DNA of 64,000 bases from Octopus vulgaris (lineage: Eukaryota), in assembly GCA_951406725.2 (NCBI GenBank), contig OX597839.1, forward strand, positions 7,440,001 through 7,504,000, in the 5' to 3' direction. A program made the position numbers and the translations under genes. Positions 1-14,500 of this stretch are shown in pieces (position 1 is the first letter of the stretch; the number at the start of each line of letters is the position of its first letter). The notes beneath the pieces were generated by a model. That model made no database searches and had not been told where the DNA came from. It was given only the letters and a program-made list of their open reading frames with translations.

Positions 1-159
1 ATGGCGGGGTGTGTGTGCTTGGTGGGTGATAATGCTAAGATGAAGTCGTGAAATGGTGTTCAAGGTCGAGGCAATGTTTGTGTTGCAGAGATGGTGGCGA
101 CAATGGAAACGGTGGCGGCGGTTTTTTCAGTGGGCAATCGCTGTCATGAAGACGTCGAG

Positions 160-304
160 CACGACGCTTACAATGGTGATGACGATGATGATGATGATGA
201 CGATGACGACGAAGATTATGATTATAGTAATGATGATGGTGATGATGATGATGGTGGTAGTGTGGTGGTGGTGGTAGTGGTGGTGATGGTGGTGGTGGTA
301 GTAG

Positions 305-336
<32 letters not shown>

Positions 337-700
337 ATAATGACGATGACGATGACGATGATGATGATGATGTAGACGATGATGATGATGACGATGGCGA
401 TGATGATGATGATGATCATGATGAAGACGATGATGATGGTGATGATGATGATGATGACGAAGATGATGATTGTAATAATGATGATGATGACGATGACGAT
501 GATGAGGATGATTATAATAATGATGATGATGACCATGACCATGACGATGATGATGATGATAAAGACGATGATGATGATGACGATGACAGCGACGAAGATG
601 ATGATGATGATAATGATAATGATGATGATGATGATGATGTTGATGATGATGGGGAGGAGGAGGAGAAGCATAATGAGGATAATGATAATGATGAGGTTGT
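160..700. repeat. Degenerate (GAT/GAC/GGT)n trinucleotide tract
   Basis: Visible trinucleotide periodicity; explains the poly-M/D/H/I/S ORFs. Confidence 0.95.
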
Positions 701-734
701 GTCGATTTTGATGTGACTTTCATGATCATAATAT

Positions 735-919
735 AGTTTCAAATTTTGACAAAAGGCCACCAAATTCGGGGAAGGATTTAAGGCGGGTACATAGACTCCA
801 GTATTCAACTGGTACTTATTTTCTCGACCCCGAAAGGATGTAGGGCTTCGAAGGAATTCGAGCTCAAATCGTAATGGCATTCAGTCCGGCCTACTAACGA
901 TTCTGCCAGCTCGCCGCCT
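735..919 (-). mobile_element. tRNA-derived SINE family A, diverged copy
   Basis: Minus strand starts GGCGGCGAGCTGGCAGAATCGTTAG and contains CATCCTTTCGGGGTCGA..AATAAGTACCAG, shared with the other family A copies. Confidence 0.8.
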
Positions 920-938
920 TAATAATAATAATAATAAT

Positions 939-1025
<87 letters not shown>

Positions 1026-1031
<6 letters not shown>

Positions 1032-2273
1032 TAGACAGGAAAACAAGAAAAATACTGACAGGATCTAGGATGCATCACCCAAAATCTGACATAGAAAGAC
1101 TATATATACAACGTATAGAAGGTGGTAGAGGCCTTATACAGCTGGAAAACTACTATAAAATAACCACCATAGGACTGCAAAAATATCTACTTCAGAAGGA
1201 AGGAAAACTGATCCAGATAGCGGCAAAACACGAGCAAAACAAAAAACTGTTCTCAGTATTTAAGGAAGCTGACAAATACAAACAAGAAATCATACCACCT
1301 AATAAACATGAAGAAGAAGAAGAAGAAGATGAAGAAACAACAAAAGCTATAAAAAAAATGAAATCCAAACTAAAAATAGAACAGCAACGAACCATGATAA
1401 AACGATGGCAAGAAAAGCCCCTTCATGGTAAATACTGCACTAAACTAAACGCAAAAGAAATAGACAAAGAAAAATCCCAGCAATGGTTGAGAAGCTCAGG
1501 ACTCAAAGCAGAAACAGAGGGATTTTTAATTGCAGCACAAGACCAAAGCCTCCCCACCAGAAATTACCAAAAACATGTAATGAAAAGAAATATTACAAGT
1601 AACTGCAGAATATGTGGAGATGGACAAGAAACAATAAATCATATTATCTCTAGCTGCCCAGTCCTGGCTAAGAAGGAATATATTCACAGACATGACAGAG
1701 TTGGAACTTACATACATTGGAAGCTATGCCAACATTATGGAATAACAACAGAAAAAAGATGGTATAGGCACACACCAGAAAAGGTCACAGAAAACGAGAA
1801 AGCAACCATACTCTGGGATATGCCGATACACACAGATAGAGAAATTAAGGCCAACAGACCAGATATAGTTGTCAGAGACCATGAAGAAAAAAAATGCTTT
1901 CTAATTGATGTATCAGTACCGGCAGATGACAACGTGTCTCTAAAAGAAATGGAGAAACTCTCAAAATACAAAGACCTGGAAATAGAGGTAACTAGAATGT
2001 GGAATCTGAAAACAGAAACAATTCCTATCATAGTAGGTGCATTAGGCATGATAAAAAAATATTCAGACAAATACATAACAAAAACACCAGGACTTACAAA
2101 CACATATAACATACAGAAAATTGCACTACTAGGCACTGCACACATCCTACGCAGAACACTTTCCATACAATAACCATCAGAGCATCACAACAAATCACAG
2201 CACATACCCAAGGCACACAGAGCTGCGCTCGGTAGTGAAGTGAAAGCACGCTATAAAAATAAAAATAAAACTA

Positions 2274-2276
<3 letters not shown>
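1026..2276 (+). mobile_element. 5'-truncated R4/Dong-like non-LTR retrotransposon (RLE type) inserted in an (AAT)n microsatellite
   Basis: Uninterrupted ORF followed by a ~100-bp 3' UTR ending ...AAAACTACTG. Flanked by (AAT)n at 921-1025 and from 2277. Confidence 0.9.
1028..2173 (+). CDS. C-terminal part of a retrotransposon ORF (post-RT thumb region, CCHC zinc knuckle, restriction-like endonuclease); RT core missing
   Basis: The frame extends upstream of the listed Met as KIDRKTRKILTGSR-MHHPKSDIERLYI..GGRGL. It contains AAQDQSL, CRICGDGQETINHIISSC (CCHC), RHDRV, RPDIVV..FLIDVSVP..KEMEKLSKY (PD-D-K) and IPIIVGALG. Confidence 0.9.
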
Positions 2277-2329
<53 letters not shown>

Positions 2330-2382
2330 TGATGATGATGATAATAATGATGATAATGATGATGATGATGATGATGATGATG

Positions 2383-2449
<67 letters not shown>

Positions 2450-2480
2450 CAATAATAATAATAATGATAATAATAATAAT

Positions 2481-2523
<43 letters not shown>

Positions 2524-2611
2524 CTGCTGATGTCATCATCAAAGTGATGGTGCTGATGAGTATGATGATGATGACAATGATGACGATGCTGACGATGATG
2601 ATGATGTTGAA

Positions 2612-2652
<41 letters not shown>

Positions 2653-2695
2653 CGACGACGACGACGATGATGATGATGATGATGATGTTTAAGAA

Positions 2696-2727
<32 letters not shown>

Positions 2728-2765
2728 CGATATTGATGATGATGATGATGAACACGATGATGTCG
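2277..2765. repeat. Compound (AAT)n/(GAT)n microsatellite
   Basis: Direct inspection. Confidence 0.95.
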
Positions 2766-3063
2766 GTGATGAAAAATGCCAGCGACGATATATACACAGA
2801 GCTGGCATCTGATGGCATGACAACGATGTGGCGGGTGACACCCCCACACACAAAAACACATACATTCACACCACTATCGCGATGGCTGTGTGGGCGCTAT
2901 ATATGAGGTTGGTTGCGGCACCGGTGTGGGGGTTTGTGGGTAGGAGAGTTGGCAGCGGCCAGGATGTTATGGAAGGTCACAACAATGGCGGCGGGTGAGA
3001 TGACACTGGTTACATCCGACACTATACACATGCATATAGCTACATACATACATATATGCATAC

Positions 3064-3199
<136 letters not shown>

Positions 3200-3630
3200 G
3201 CACACATGCGCATGTATGCATATATATGGATGGATTCCGGAACGATTTCTCGCCCCACTTCGCACCAATGGTTTTGCTTCCATCGTTACCCCCCGCGCCA
3301 ACCATGACACGCCATAAAAACATTTACTCATTCGTCAACCTACCAAAATTCTCCCTATTTTCCGCCACTACTTACCTTCGATCCCTCTCCAAACCCCAGC
3401 CATACACAACACTTCCCTTGGCCCCTTACTTTGTATCACTCACATTTTATACTCTTCATGTCTTTCAAGCTGTCCTTCTGGGTGTTTAAGTGTTGTTTAT
3501 GCATCTATGAATATATACATATATATACATACCTACATACATCCGTTAATATATATATATATACATACATATACATATATATATACACATATATATATAT
3601 ATATATATATATCTATACATATATATATAT

Positions 3631-3668
<38 letters not shown>

Positions 3669-3704
3669 ACATACATACATACATAAATATATCTACATAC
3701 GTTC

Positions 3705-3750
<46 letters not shown>

Positions 3751-4146
3751 ACACATATATATGCATATATATGTATAAACACACGCTTATATATAAATAT
3801 AGAATTATATATGTATATACATGTATATGTGGGTGTTTATATGATGTATGTGTGTATATATATGCATACACACACACACACATCTCAATGTATATAGGTA
3901 TTTATGTATTTTTGCATACGTTCGTCGGGAATATGAAGAGGCTATATTTACATTATGCGTATATACATACATAGACATCCATATGTACATACGTACATGT
4001 ATACATATGTATATATATATGTATGTATGTATATGAATATATATATGTATGTATGTATATATATATATGTATGTATATGTATATATATGTATGTATATGT
4101 ATATATATGTATGTACATATGTATACATATATACACATATATATAC

Positions 4147-4187
<41 letters not shown>

Positions 4188-4892
4188 TACATATACACAC
4201 ACGCACACACGAGTACATACATGAATAGATATACATCGATCCATGCATGCATACACACATACATACTTGTATACAAACGTATGTATATATAATCACACGT
4301 TCACACATATCTGCTGTGTGATTTAAAGAGCTGGAATAAGCAATCCTACCCAAAGACGGTCGCAATCCCGTGATCCCAAAATCACGTGATCTGGCACCTA
4401 CCCCCCTACCGTCAGCACAATCGCAACCATAGACTCAGATTATTCCATCCAGATCAAAGGCAGTAAAAACGTACTGATGTAAAATTTATACACTTTCAGC
4501 CCCACCAACACCACCACCATCACCAGCAGCGATCTCCACCAACGCCTCCGGCACCATCACCACCAAGCCTACCACTGGCACCGAAGCCACTATCACCATC
4601 ACCAACACAACCGCTACCATCACCACTGCCACCGAAACCGTACACTAACTCCACCATCACCACCACCAAGACCACCACCAATATCATCATCACCACCACC
4701 ACCTACGCCGCTACCACCACCATCTAGATTTAGACTATCACCTCCAGCATTACCCCAACCACCACCACTACTATTATCCACCACCGCCACTACTTCGATC
4801 GCTACCATATTCTGTTCTAGATGAACAGGAATGGTGTTTTGGAAATCTTTACATACCCTTTCTGTTCGCCTATCTTTATGCTTGTTCACCAA

Positions 4893-5010
<118 letters not shown>

Positions 5011-5062
5011 TGTTCTATCTGTGTGCAGCCCGGTGTGGCTAATAAAGAAACATATCTATCTG

Positions 5063-5099
<37 letters not shown>

Positions 5100-5285
5100 T
5101 AATAAATAAAATATATGCATACATACAAACATATATGTACGTACCTACATCTACATGTATATATACATGCATATATAAATATATATACGTGAGTACAGGA
5201 CACCACAACTAGACGTAGAACTCAACGAGAAACGAAAACGGAAAAACAAGCATGGAACAAACCATCTTTTTACAACAGAAAAACA

Positions 5286-5337
<52 letters not shown>

Positions 5338-5587
5338 ATCTATCTGTCTCTCTGTCTCTCTGTTTGCCTGTCTCTTTTTCTGTTTCTCTATCTATCCAGC
5401 CCTCAACCTATCTATCTTTCTATCTCGTACCAACATACCTACGTAGATTGATAGACAATTGTCAGATTATGAACCTGTCCATCTAACTAGATCTATCTAT
5501 CTATCTATCTATCTGTCTATCTAACTATCTATCTACCTTTCTATCTGTCTCGTGCCAACATACCTGCCTAGATAGCAGTGGCAGCTC

Positions 5588-5873
5588 GGGATCTTTTCCG
5601 TTTGAACGGCAGTTTTGTCTAGCGGTGCCATATGAAATTGTCACCCATAATTATGACCCTAGTATTGATCTATTTCATTTCAATCTATTTTAGGGTTAGG
5701 GCTAGTAGGGTATATTTTTTTCTTCACAAATGTAAATAAACCCAATCTGTTTCTTAAACGAGGGACATATTCATACGGCACAGAATGTTTTCACTTCAAT
5801 AGACGGTCATTGATTGTTTGAAATTGCAGAAATTAAAGAAAAACAACAAATATCTTACAAACTATAGAATTTT
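5588..5873 (+). mobile_element. Partial copy of the TTAGGG-containing MITE
   Basis: Starts GGGATCTTTTCCGTTTGAACGGCAG and is collinear with 53565-53987; lacks the second TIR. Confidence 0.8.
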
Positions 5874-5985
5874 ATTAGCCTCATGTATGGAAACTTAGTT
5901 AAGAGATGCACTTCGTCACTTGGTGGTATGTAAGTGTGCGTGTATGTATATATGTGTGTATGTATGTATATATCTGTGTGTATGC

Positions 5986-6112
<127 letters not shown>

Positions 6113-7247
6113 TGAATGTGTGTATGTATGTGTGCGTATGTATGTATGCATGTATGTATGTATGTGTGTATGTATGTGAGTGTATGTATGTCTATGTATG
6201 TGTATGTATATATATGTGTGTATCTATTTGTGTGTATGTATGTATGTATCTGTGTATGTATGTATGTATGTGTGTAAGTGTGTATGTATGCATGCAGATA
6301 TGTATGTGTTTACGTGTGTATGTATGTGCGTGTATGCGTGTATGCATGTGCGTGCATCTGTGTATGTATGTACGTATGTATGTATGTATGTTTATGCAGC
6401 GTTTTCCAACGAACAGGATATGCAAAATATGAAGATATAAACGGTTATATAAGTAATTTAATGAGAAAACTGCAGAAACTGTACACGAGCAATAAGCCTT
6501 AGCTTTATACTTGTTATTGGAAAAGGTTCATTCGCCAATTTTCAGAACCTGAACTTCACAACACCATAAACCAAGTGGATTGTGTAAGAAGTATTAAATA
6601 CGAGACATTCACCCAATCGCTAAAAATATGATTTTAAAAAAAACTGGTGTTCGCTTATACGCATACATATATACAAACATATACATGCATAAATACACAC
6701 GTACATACTTACATGTATGATGCTTACCTACATACATCCATAATACAAAGTAACACATATACATTCATTCGTAAGTACGTTTGTTCTTACATACATGCTG
6801 TGTTTCTTACTCTCTGACCGTGGCCTTAAAATCCGTATTAACCTCACAAGTGTTAACGCTGAAGCAACATCAATAACAGAGAAGATACCTCCGCAACTAT
6901 TTCTTGCGAGTTAAGAATTAGAGAATCATGTGGATTGCTAGTGAAAAAGAGACACGAAATTAAAGCTGATCCTCATATCGCTCCAAGCAACAGGAATGAA
7001 ATAAAACAAAAGCAAATACGTCGGAATCAATGAAGGTTGTTGAAGAATACTTAAAGAAGAAAACACGTGAGGAAATACAGCTCATAATAATCCTAATGTA
7101 AAATAGTGACTTATTTTAACATCTTGAAGCTAACATCCTTGAAATTCGAGTACAACGTGTTCTCATGCACTCCATTCTATGCCAGTGGTTCCTGACCTTT
7201 ATATTTAAATGAGTTTTTCCACATACCCCTTTGAATATGCTTATCCT

Positions 7248-7307
<60 letters not shown>

Positions 7308-7310
<3 letters not shown>

Positions 7311-7516
7311 TCTTTTATTCTTTTACTTGTTTCAGTCATTTGACTGCGCCCATGCTGGAGCACCACCTTTAGTCGAGCAAATCGACCCCGGGACTTATTC
7401 TTTTGTAAGCCCAGTACTTATTCTATCGGTCTCTTTTGCCGAACCGCTAAGTGACGGGGACGGAAACACACCAGCCTCGGTTGTCAAGCAATGCTAGGGG
7501 GCCAAACACAGACATA

Positions 7517-7598
<82 letters not shown>

Positions 7599-7751
7599 TA
7601 CGACAGGCTTCATTCAGTTTCCGTCTACCAAATCCACTCCCAAGGCATTGGTCGGCCCGGGGCTATAGCAGAAGACACGTGCCCAAGATGCTACGGAACC
7701 CGGAACCATGTGGTTGGTTAGCAAGCTACTTACCACACAGCCACTCCTGCG

Positions 7752-7753
<2 letters not shown>
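7308..7753 (-). mobile_element. tRNA-derived SINE family B (CORE-like, internal TA/TG microsatellite)
   Basis: Head GGCGCAGGAGTGGCTGTGTGGTAAG, GGTTCCGGGTTC B-box region, CTTGGGCA core, tail CCAGCATGG..CAGTCAAATGACTGAAACAAGTAAAAGA. Many copies in the window. Confidence 0.85.
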
Positions 7754-7789
<36 letters not shown>

Positions 7790-8629
7790 CCCTCAGTGGG
7801 TTGGACCCACAACCCCTAACTTTCTTGGTATTATATATATATATATATATATGCACGCATGTGTGTACGTGTATGCATGGATATTCACACATACATATAG
7901 ATATATACATATAGATATATATATATATACATACACATGTATATACGTGTGTGTGAGCGCAGGCGGGCGTATGTGTGTGTGTGCGTGCATAGAAAGACAG
8001 GGTGAGGGGAAAAAGAGAAGGGAATGGGAGACATAAATACAATAACCCAGAGACATAAAGTCAAATGCCACTTTGATGTATGACCTCTCTAGGTAATGAT
8101 CATTGTACGGGAGACTAAACCAAAACTAAATGTTGCTAATCCTGTCCAACTATAATCCATCATCGACAAAGTTTGTCTCGATAGTTTACGTATGTATGTC
8201 TGCAGGTATTTCTATAATTATGTATACATACATAGATACATACATATATATACTTATACATATGTATGTATGTATGTTTTTATATATGTATATATGTATG
8301 TTTGTATATATGTTCGTATGTAGGCTTGGTCATTATTTCAAAAGTAGTAAATATTTTAGATAAGTAAAACGTAAAATAGAGAATTGTCAAAGCATTACTT
8401 TCACTTACATTATACAATATAATATGATACGATAATATAATATGCCATAGATCCTGAGAGAATAAGGAGAGAAACAGAGGTAGGGAGAGAGTGGCAGTGA
8501 GATAAAAGGAGTTGCGGAGGAGTCGTTTTATAAATAAACGGTTATGGTGATATGCTTGAGATAATATACCACGCTATAACAAATTTCTTTCTTAATGAAG
8601 CCGACATAATGGCGTTCAGAGAATCGTAA

Positions 8630-9107
8630 TATCATGTACATTGTTTTGTCTTGATAAAATATATGAGCTACATCAAATATTCTGCTGAATACCACAGATT
8701 TGCTTGTCATTTGTTTGGCCTTAACCAGTTGAGCATGTCCCTCAGTGGCTGATGATATTTGCGTGTCTGATCACGAGCAGAAGTAGTGGGGGAGCATCAT
8801 AGCCATGTGTTGAACGGAATTGGGGTTTCAATAATTCACCTCTGGAAACATGGGTGTTTCGTTCAACATCCTTAAGCAACCCTTATTCGGGGACCTTTTG
8901 AGTGTGATGGGTTACTCCACCAGAAGAAAATTTTAACTAGGCCCCACATGCAAGATTATACGCTGTTAACCTTGATATAAGATCACCATATCATGCACAT
9001 ATGGTTGAGATGCATGTGCCTTGTGTACCCTTGTCAGACGGGTAATATTGGGCTTCGTATAATTGTACCCTAGCGTCACTTTGATGGCATGCACTGCTCT
9101 CTCACTC
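8630..9107 (+). mobile_element. Non-coding (AAT)n-associated interspersed repeat, copy 1
   Basis: Reverse complement of 54500-55062; ends GCACTGCTCTCTCACTC followed by (AAT)n. Confidence 0.8.
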
Positions 9108-9116
9108 AATAATATC

Positions 9117-9171
<55 letters not shown>

Positions 9172-9172
<1 letters not shown>

Positions 9173-9493
9173 GCCATGTGTTGAGAGGGATTCTTTGGGG
9201 TTTGAATAATTCACCTCTGGAAACATGGGTGGTTCTATCAACATCCTTAAACAACCCTTATTCAGGAACCTTTTGAGCGGGATGGGCTACTCAACCTGAA
9301 GAAAATTCTAACTGGGCCCCACCTGCAAGGTCATGTGCTGTTTATCTTGATATGAGATCACCATGTCGCGCACATATGGTTGTGATGCATGTGCCTAGTG
9401 TACCCTTATCAGACGGGTAGTCATGATTGGTATATTGGGCTTCGTATATTTTACCCCAGTGTCACTTTGATGGCATGAACTGCTCTCTCATTC
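9172..9493 (+). mobile_element. Non-coding (AAT)n-associated interspersed repeat, copy 2 (truncated)
   Basis: Same family as 8630-9107, head-to-tail and separated from it by (AAT)n; same end followed by AATAAT. Confidence 0.8.
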
Positions 9494-10262
9494 AATAATA
9501 ATAATTATAATAATAATAGTATTAATGATAATACTAATAAATTTGGTGAAGTGTACTAATTGATTACATAGATCCTAGTGTTTCACTGGTGCTTATTTTA
9601 TCGACCCCGAAAGCATGAAAGGCAAAGCGACCTAGGCAGAATTTGAACTCAGAACGAGTAACGGAAAGTATTGCCGCTAAACATTATGCCAGATGTGCTA
9701 GCGCTTCTGCCAGATCGCTGATTGGAAGCGTTACCATGTATGTGTGTGTGTGTGTATGTGTGTGTGTGTATGTGTGTATGTGTGTTTGTGTGTATATGTG
9801 TGTGTTTCTGTGTCTGTGCTGTCAACCGGTGGTGGTGCATTTATGTTCCCGTAGCTTAGCAGTTCGGCAACAGTATACGTTAGAATGAGTACCAGGCTTT
9901 AAAAAAATCATAAGTACTGGGAACGATTCCTTCGTTTAAAAGTTTTTCAATATGGTGATCCAGCATGGCCACAGTCAAATGACTGAATCAAGTAAAAGAG
10001 GGAAATAATCAAAGAATATTTTTAACTCTAAAATACTCTTTTACACTTTTACTTCTCTCAGTCATTTGACTGTGGCCAAGCTGGAGCGTTGCCTTTAATC
10101 GAGCAAATCGCCCTCAGGACTTATTTTTTGTAAGCCTAGGACTTATTCTATCGGTCTCTTTTGTCAAACCGCTAGTTTTCGGGGACGTAAACACACCAGC
10201 ATCAGATGTCAAGCGATGCTTAGGGGACAAACACAGACACACAAACACACACACACACACAC

Positions 10263-10319
<57 letters not shown>

Positions 10320-10372
10320 TTATTGTGTGAAATTTGATTTAGTTCTTCTGGATTTTATTCTCAAAGATATTA

Positions 10373-10404
<32 letters not shown>

Positions 10405-10490
10405 TTCGAGACAAAACCACTATTTTGCAAATCAAACAAGGAAAGACTTAATCAATACATAAAAAATTTTAATATAAAGTAAATAAATCG

Positions 10491-10534
10491 CCACTACAAT
10501 TGTTTCATGTCTTCAAATGACATTCGTCAGGTGG
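10491..10534 (-). ncRNA. Type I hammerhead ribozyme motif (inverted-arm copy)
   Basis: Exact reverse complement of 10602-10645. Confidence 0.85.
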
Positions 10535-10601
10535 ATTTCCGATTTCTATTCAGTTTTAATTTATGACTTCATAAATTAAAACTGAATAGAAGATCGGAAA
10601 T

Positions 10602-10645
10602 CCACCTGACGAATGTCATTTGAAGACATGAAACAATTGTAGTGG
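10602..10645 (+). ncRNA. Type I hammerhead ribozyme motif, intact
   Basis: CCAC-CTGACGA-ATGTC ATTTGAA GACAT-GAA-ACAATTGT-A-GTGG: stem I CCAC/GTGG, 5-bp stem II, palindromic stem III, GUA cleavage triplet. Confidence 0.88.
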
Positions 10646-10822
10646 CGATTTATTTACTTTATATTAAAATTTTTTATGTATGGATTAAGTCTTTCCTTGT
10701 TTGATTTGCAAAATAGTGGTTTTGTCTCGAATTAATATTATATAATATTTTACTATAAAATTGGATTTAATCCTAAATCTGATTTTTTCCCTGTAATTTT
10801 GGATTTATTCCCTAATATTTAT

Positions 10823-10868
<46 letters not shown>

Positions 10869-11607
10869 TTATATACAACGTGCTTCTCATATCAAGTTCC
10901 ACATGTAGTCTTCAAGAATAGTAATTTTGTATTTGATCTCCACTTCAAAATTGTAATGAAATGTGCTATACCATATATAGGTACGTATCATACCGGAGTA
11001 CGTTACACGACTGAAATTACTGGTACGAGACTTAGTATAACTTAAGAGATTTTTCTCGTTTAAAAACTCATTTTTCCCCTTTTCATCAGCATTTGATAGA
11101 AAAAAAAACAACAACATTATTAAAACAATAATATATGTTAACACGTATACAGATTTAAAAGTATTGTACTAAAGAAGAAAGAAAAAGATACAATGTTACA
11201 GAAAATCTATAAAAACGAAACTGAACGCGATTAGCATGAAGATTAGCCTGGCCACCATATTTGATGAATATGAAAAGATAACATCGTTCGGGAATGGGAA
11301 AACAACGATCAAATGTAATAGCTGATGTGTGTAATTTGATAGGTTTCGTTGGGAAAAAAAAGAAAAAACGACAAAGACAGCCAGTTGCCTTCTAATCCAT
11401 CAATGTCTTAGTGTTATAGAAATATACGTCAACGATGCCAACGATCGTTCGTCGGAAGTGAACAAATAAAAAATGAAATAACACGGCGACTTTTCGTATC
11501 AGGCTACATGATATCTACTTCGTACGTATTTCTCTGAGTGTACTTATGTGTATTTGTGTCTCTGTTCTTCATTGTGAGTTCCTGTGTGCGAGTTATATAT
11601 ATATGTA

Positions 11608-11643
<36 letters not shown>

Positions 11644-11812
11644 ATATATATATATATACACACACTCGTAAATATATAGAATACACACACATATATATAC
11701 ATACATATGTATATAGGTATAAATATATATATGTATATATATATATATATATAAAAATATATATATATATACATATGGATATATACATATGTATATATAC
11801 ATACATAGATAC

Positions 11813-11844
<32 letters not shown>

Positions 11845-12453
11845 ATACATATATATATACAGATATGTATATATATATGTGTGCGTGTGTTAGTATATAC
11901 ATATATGTATATGTGTATGTGTTTTGGAGTGTGTGCGTGAGTGTGTGCTCCTGTGTATGCTTGTATGTCAAATACACACGTACTCATATATACGCGTATG
12001 CGTATGTATGTATGTATGTATCCTACGTAGTTCAGTTAGGCCTGGTAGCAATGTTCTAGATGAACCAAGTCTGTGTGTCACTCTTCCCAATGCACAGAAA
12101 CGCTTCACTTCCCTCACTAATCACCAATGAAGAATTCAAGTACAACAGAAACATTTGTTGAGCACCACATATCCCCCCCGCCAAACAATTTCCGTTGTAT
12201 GTGACTTTAAACAATAAGTTTTAGAAGATCGCTTCTGATAATTTACTCTTTGTTAGGCACAGGCGTGGCTGAGTAGAATGAAGCTTGCTTCTCGGCCACA
12301 TGGTCTCAGGTTCAGTCACACTGCATGGCACCTTGAGCAGGCCGCTTCAACAATAGCTTCGGGGCCGACCAAAGCCTTGTGAGTGAATTTTGTAGACGGA
12401 AATTGAAAGACGCCCGTCGTATACATACATAGATACATACATACATACATACA

Positions 12454-12684
12454 TATTTCTTTACTACCCACAAGGGGCTACACACAGAGGGGACAAACGA
12501 GGACAGACAAACGGATTAAGTCGATTATATCGACTCCAATGCGTAACTGGTACTTATTTAATCGACCCCGAAAGGATGAAAGGCAAAGTCGACCTCGGCG
12601 GAATTTGAACTCAGAACGTAACGGCAGACGAAATACGGCTACGCATTTTGCCCGGCGTGCTAACGATTCTGCCAGCTCGCCGCC
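12454..12684 (-). mobile_element. SINE family A, full length (MetaSINE-like central domain)
   Basis: GGCGGCGAGCTGGCAGAATCGTTAG..GAGTTCAAATTCC..GCCTTTCATCCTTTCGGGGTCGAT..AAGTACCAG..AGCCCCTTGTGGGTAGTAAAGAAAT, embedded in (TACA)n. Confidence 0.85.
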
Positions 12685-12833
12685 TAGATACATACATACG
12701 TACATACATACATACATACATACATACATACATACATACATACATACATACATACATACATACATACAGATACATACATACATATATACATACAGACATA
12801 CGTACCTACATGTATGTGTGTGTGTTGAAAGGA

Positions 12834-12979
12834 ATTCTTTGGGATGTAATGATCCAGTGCAATCACCTGACCAGATGCATACGAAACCGGACATTGTTGT
12901 GGTGAATAAAAATGAAAGAACGTGTATGATTATCGACTAAGCATGCCTCGGTGACAACAGGATCAATGTGAAAGAAGAC
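12834..12979 (+). pseudogene. Decayed RLE endonuclease fragment of a second R4-like family
   Basis: ILWDVMIQCNHL.. /frameshift/ KPDIVVVNKNERTCMIID*ACLGDNRINVKE aligns by eye with ILWDMPIHTDREIKANRPDIVVRDHEEKKCFLIDVSVPADDNVSLKE of the ORF at 1028. Confidence 0.75.
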
Positions 12980-13012
12980 AGCTTGGCACCAGTGACGTCG
13001 CAGCTCATTTTT

Positions 13013-13309
13013 TTAACGTTCAATTGGCTGAGCACTCCACAGACACGAGTACCCTTAACGTAGTTCTCGAGGATATTCAGCGTGACACAGAGTGTGACAA
13101 GGGCTGGCCCTTTGAAATGCAGGTACAACAGAAACAGAAAGAAAGAGTGAGAGAAAGTTGTGGGGAAAGAGTACAGCAGGGTTCACCACCACCCCCTACC
13201 GGAGCTTCGTGAAGCTTTAGGTGTTTTTGCTCAATAAACACTCTGAGAATCGAACCGCGATCCTACGATCGCGATTCCGCTGCCCTAAACACTAGGCCAT
13301 TGCGCCTCC
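13013..13309 (-). mobile_element. SINE family D head joined to the family C2 tail
   Basis: Head GGAGGCGCAATGGCCTAGTG matches 56028; tail TCAAAGGGCCAGCC..GAGAACTACGTTAAGGGTA..GTGGAGTGCTCAGCC matches 39183-39514 and 45612-45937. Confidence 0.8.
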
Positions 13310-13312
13310 ACT

Positions 13313-13835
<523 letters not shown>

Positions 13836-14235
13836 ATAATACTGCCACTACTGCTACTTGAAATAGCACTATCAGGACTAACTAAAGCAAGATGCAATGA
13901 CAACATCCAGAACCAAGATGTGAAGGCAAACAAACAAGCTATCGGGTGAACTTACAACCTATATTGTTAGTAAGTATTTATAAACACTACAGCAAAACAC
14001 GTAGAAACAAAAAAGAAGAGAACAGAAAAACTAGATCAGGAAAAATAACAAAGAAATCATAGAGGTTGGGGCGTCATCTGCCGCTGCTGCACTGGAATCT
14101 GGGTCTGGATGTTCTTAGTGTCTGTCTAATAGCAACGATTATGATGTTTGCTGATAAAATTGTTGAGGTTAAAGTGTCTGGTGGCCTCGTTTGTCATTCT
14201 AGTCTTCTACTGAAAGCAGATGCACAGTCTAGATT

Positions 14236-14339
<104 letters not shown>

Positions 14340-14500
14340 TTGTGTGTGTGTGTATAAAGTATTAGAAAAAAACCCCACCTTTTATCAATTCAAAATGAAT
14401 AATTAAATTACACCATCTAGAAAATTACATATAATAGAAAAGTTTAAATTAAAATAAAAATAAAAGGTAAAGATTAAGTAAATTACAAAAATAATATATA

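Larger units (their letters stand above)
10392..10826 (+). mobile_element. Asymmetric fold-back element in (TA)n carrying hammerhead motifs (Penelope pseudo-LTR-like)
   Basis: Near-perfect inverted arms ~10392-10566 and ~10569-10744 with a 2-nt spacer. The right arm continues ~80 bp unpaired. (TA)n on both sides. Confidence 0.8.

Noticed and set aside
13860-14232. Host exon in unique-looking sequence
   Set aside because: Stops interrupt the frames and there is no recognisable domain or clear splice pair; probably a decayed transposon piece but unassignable.
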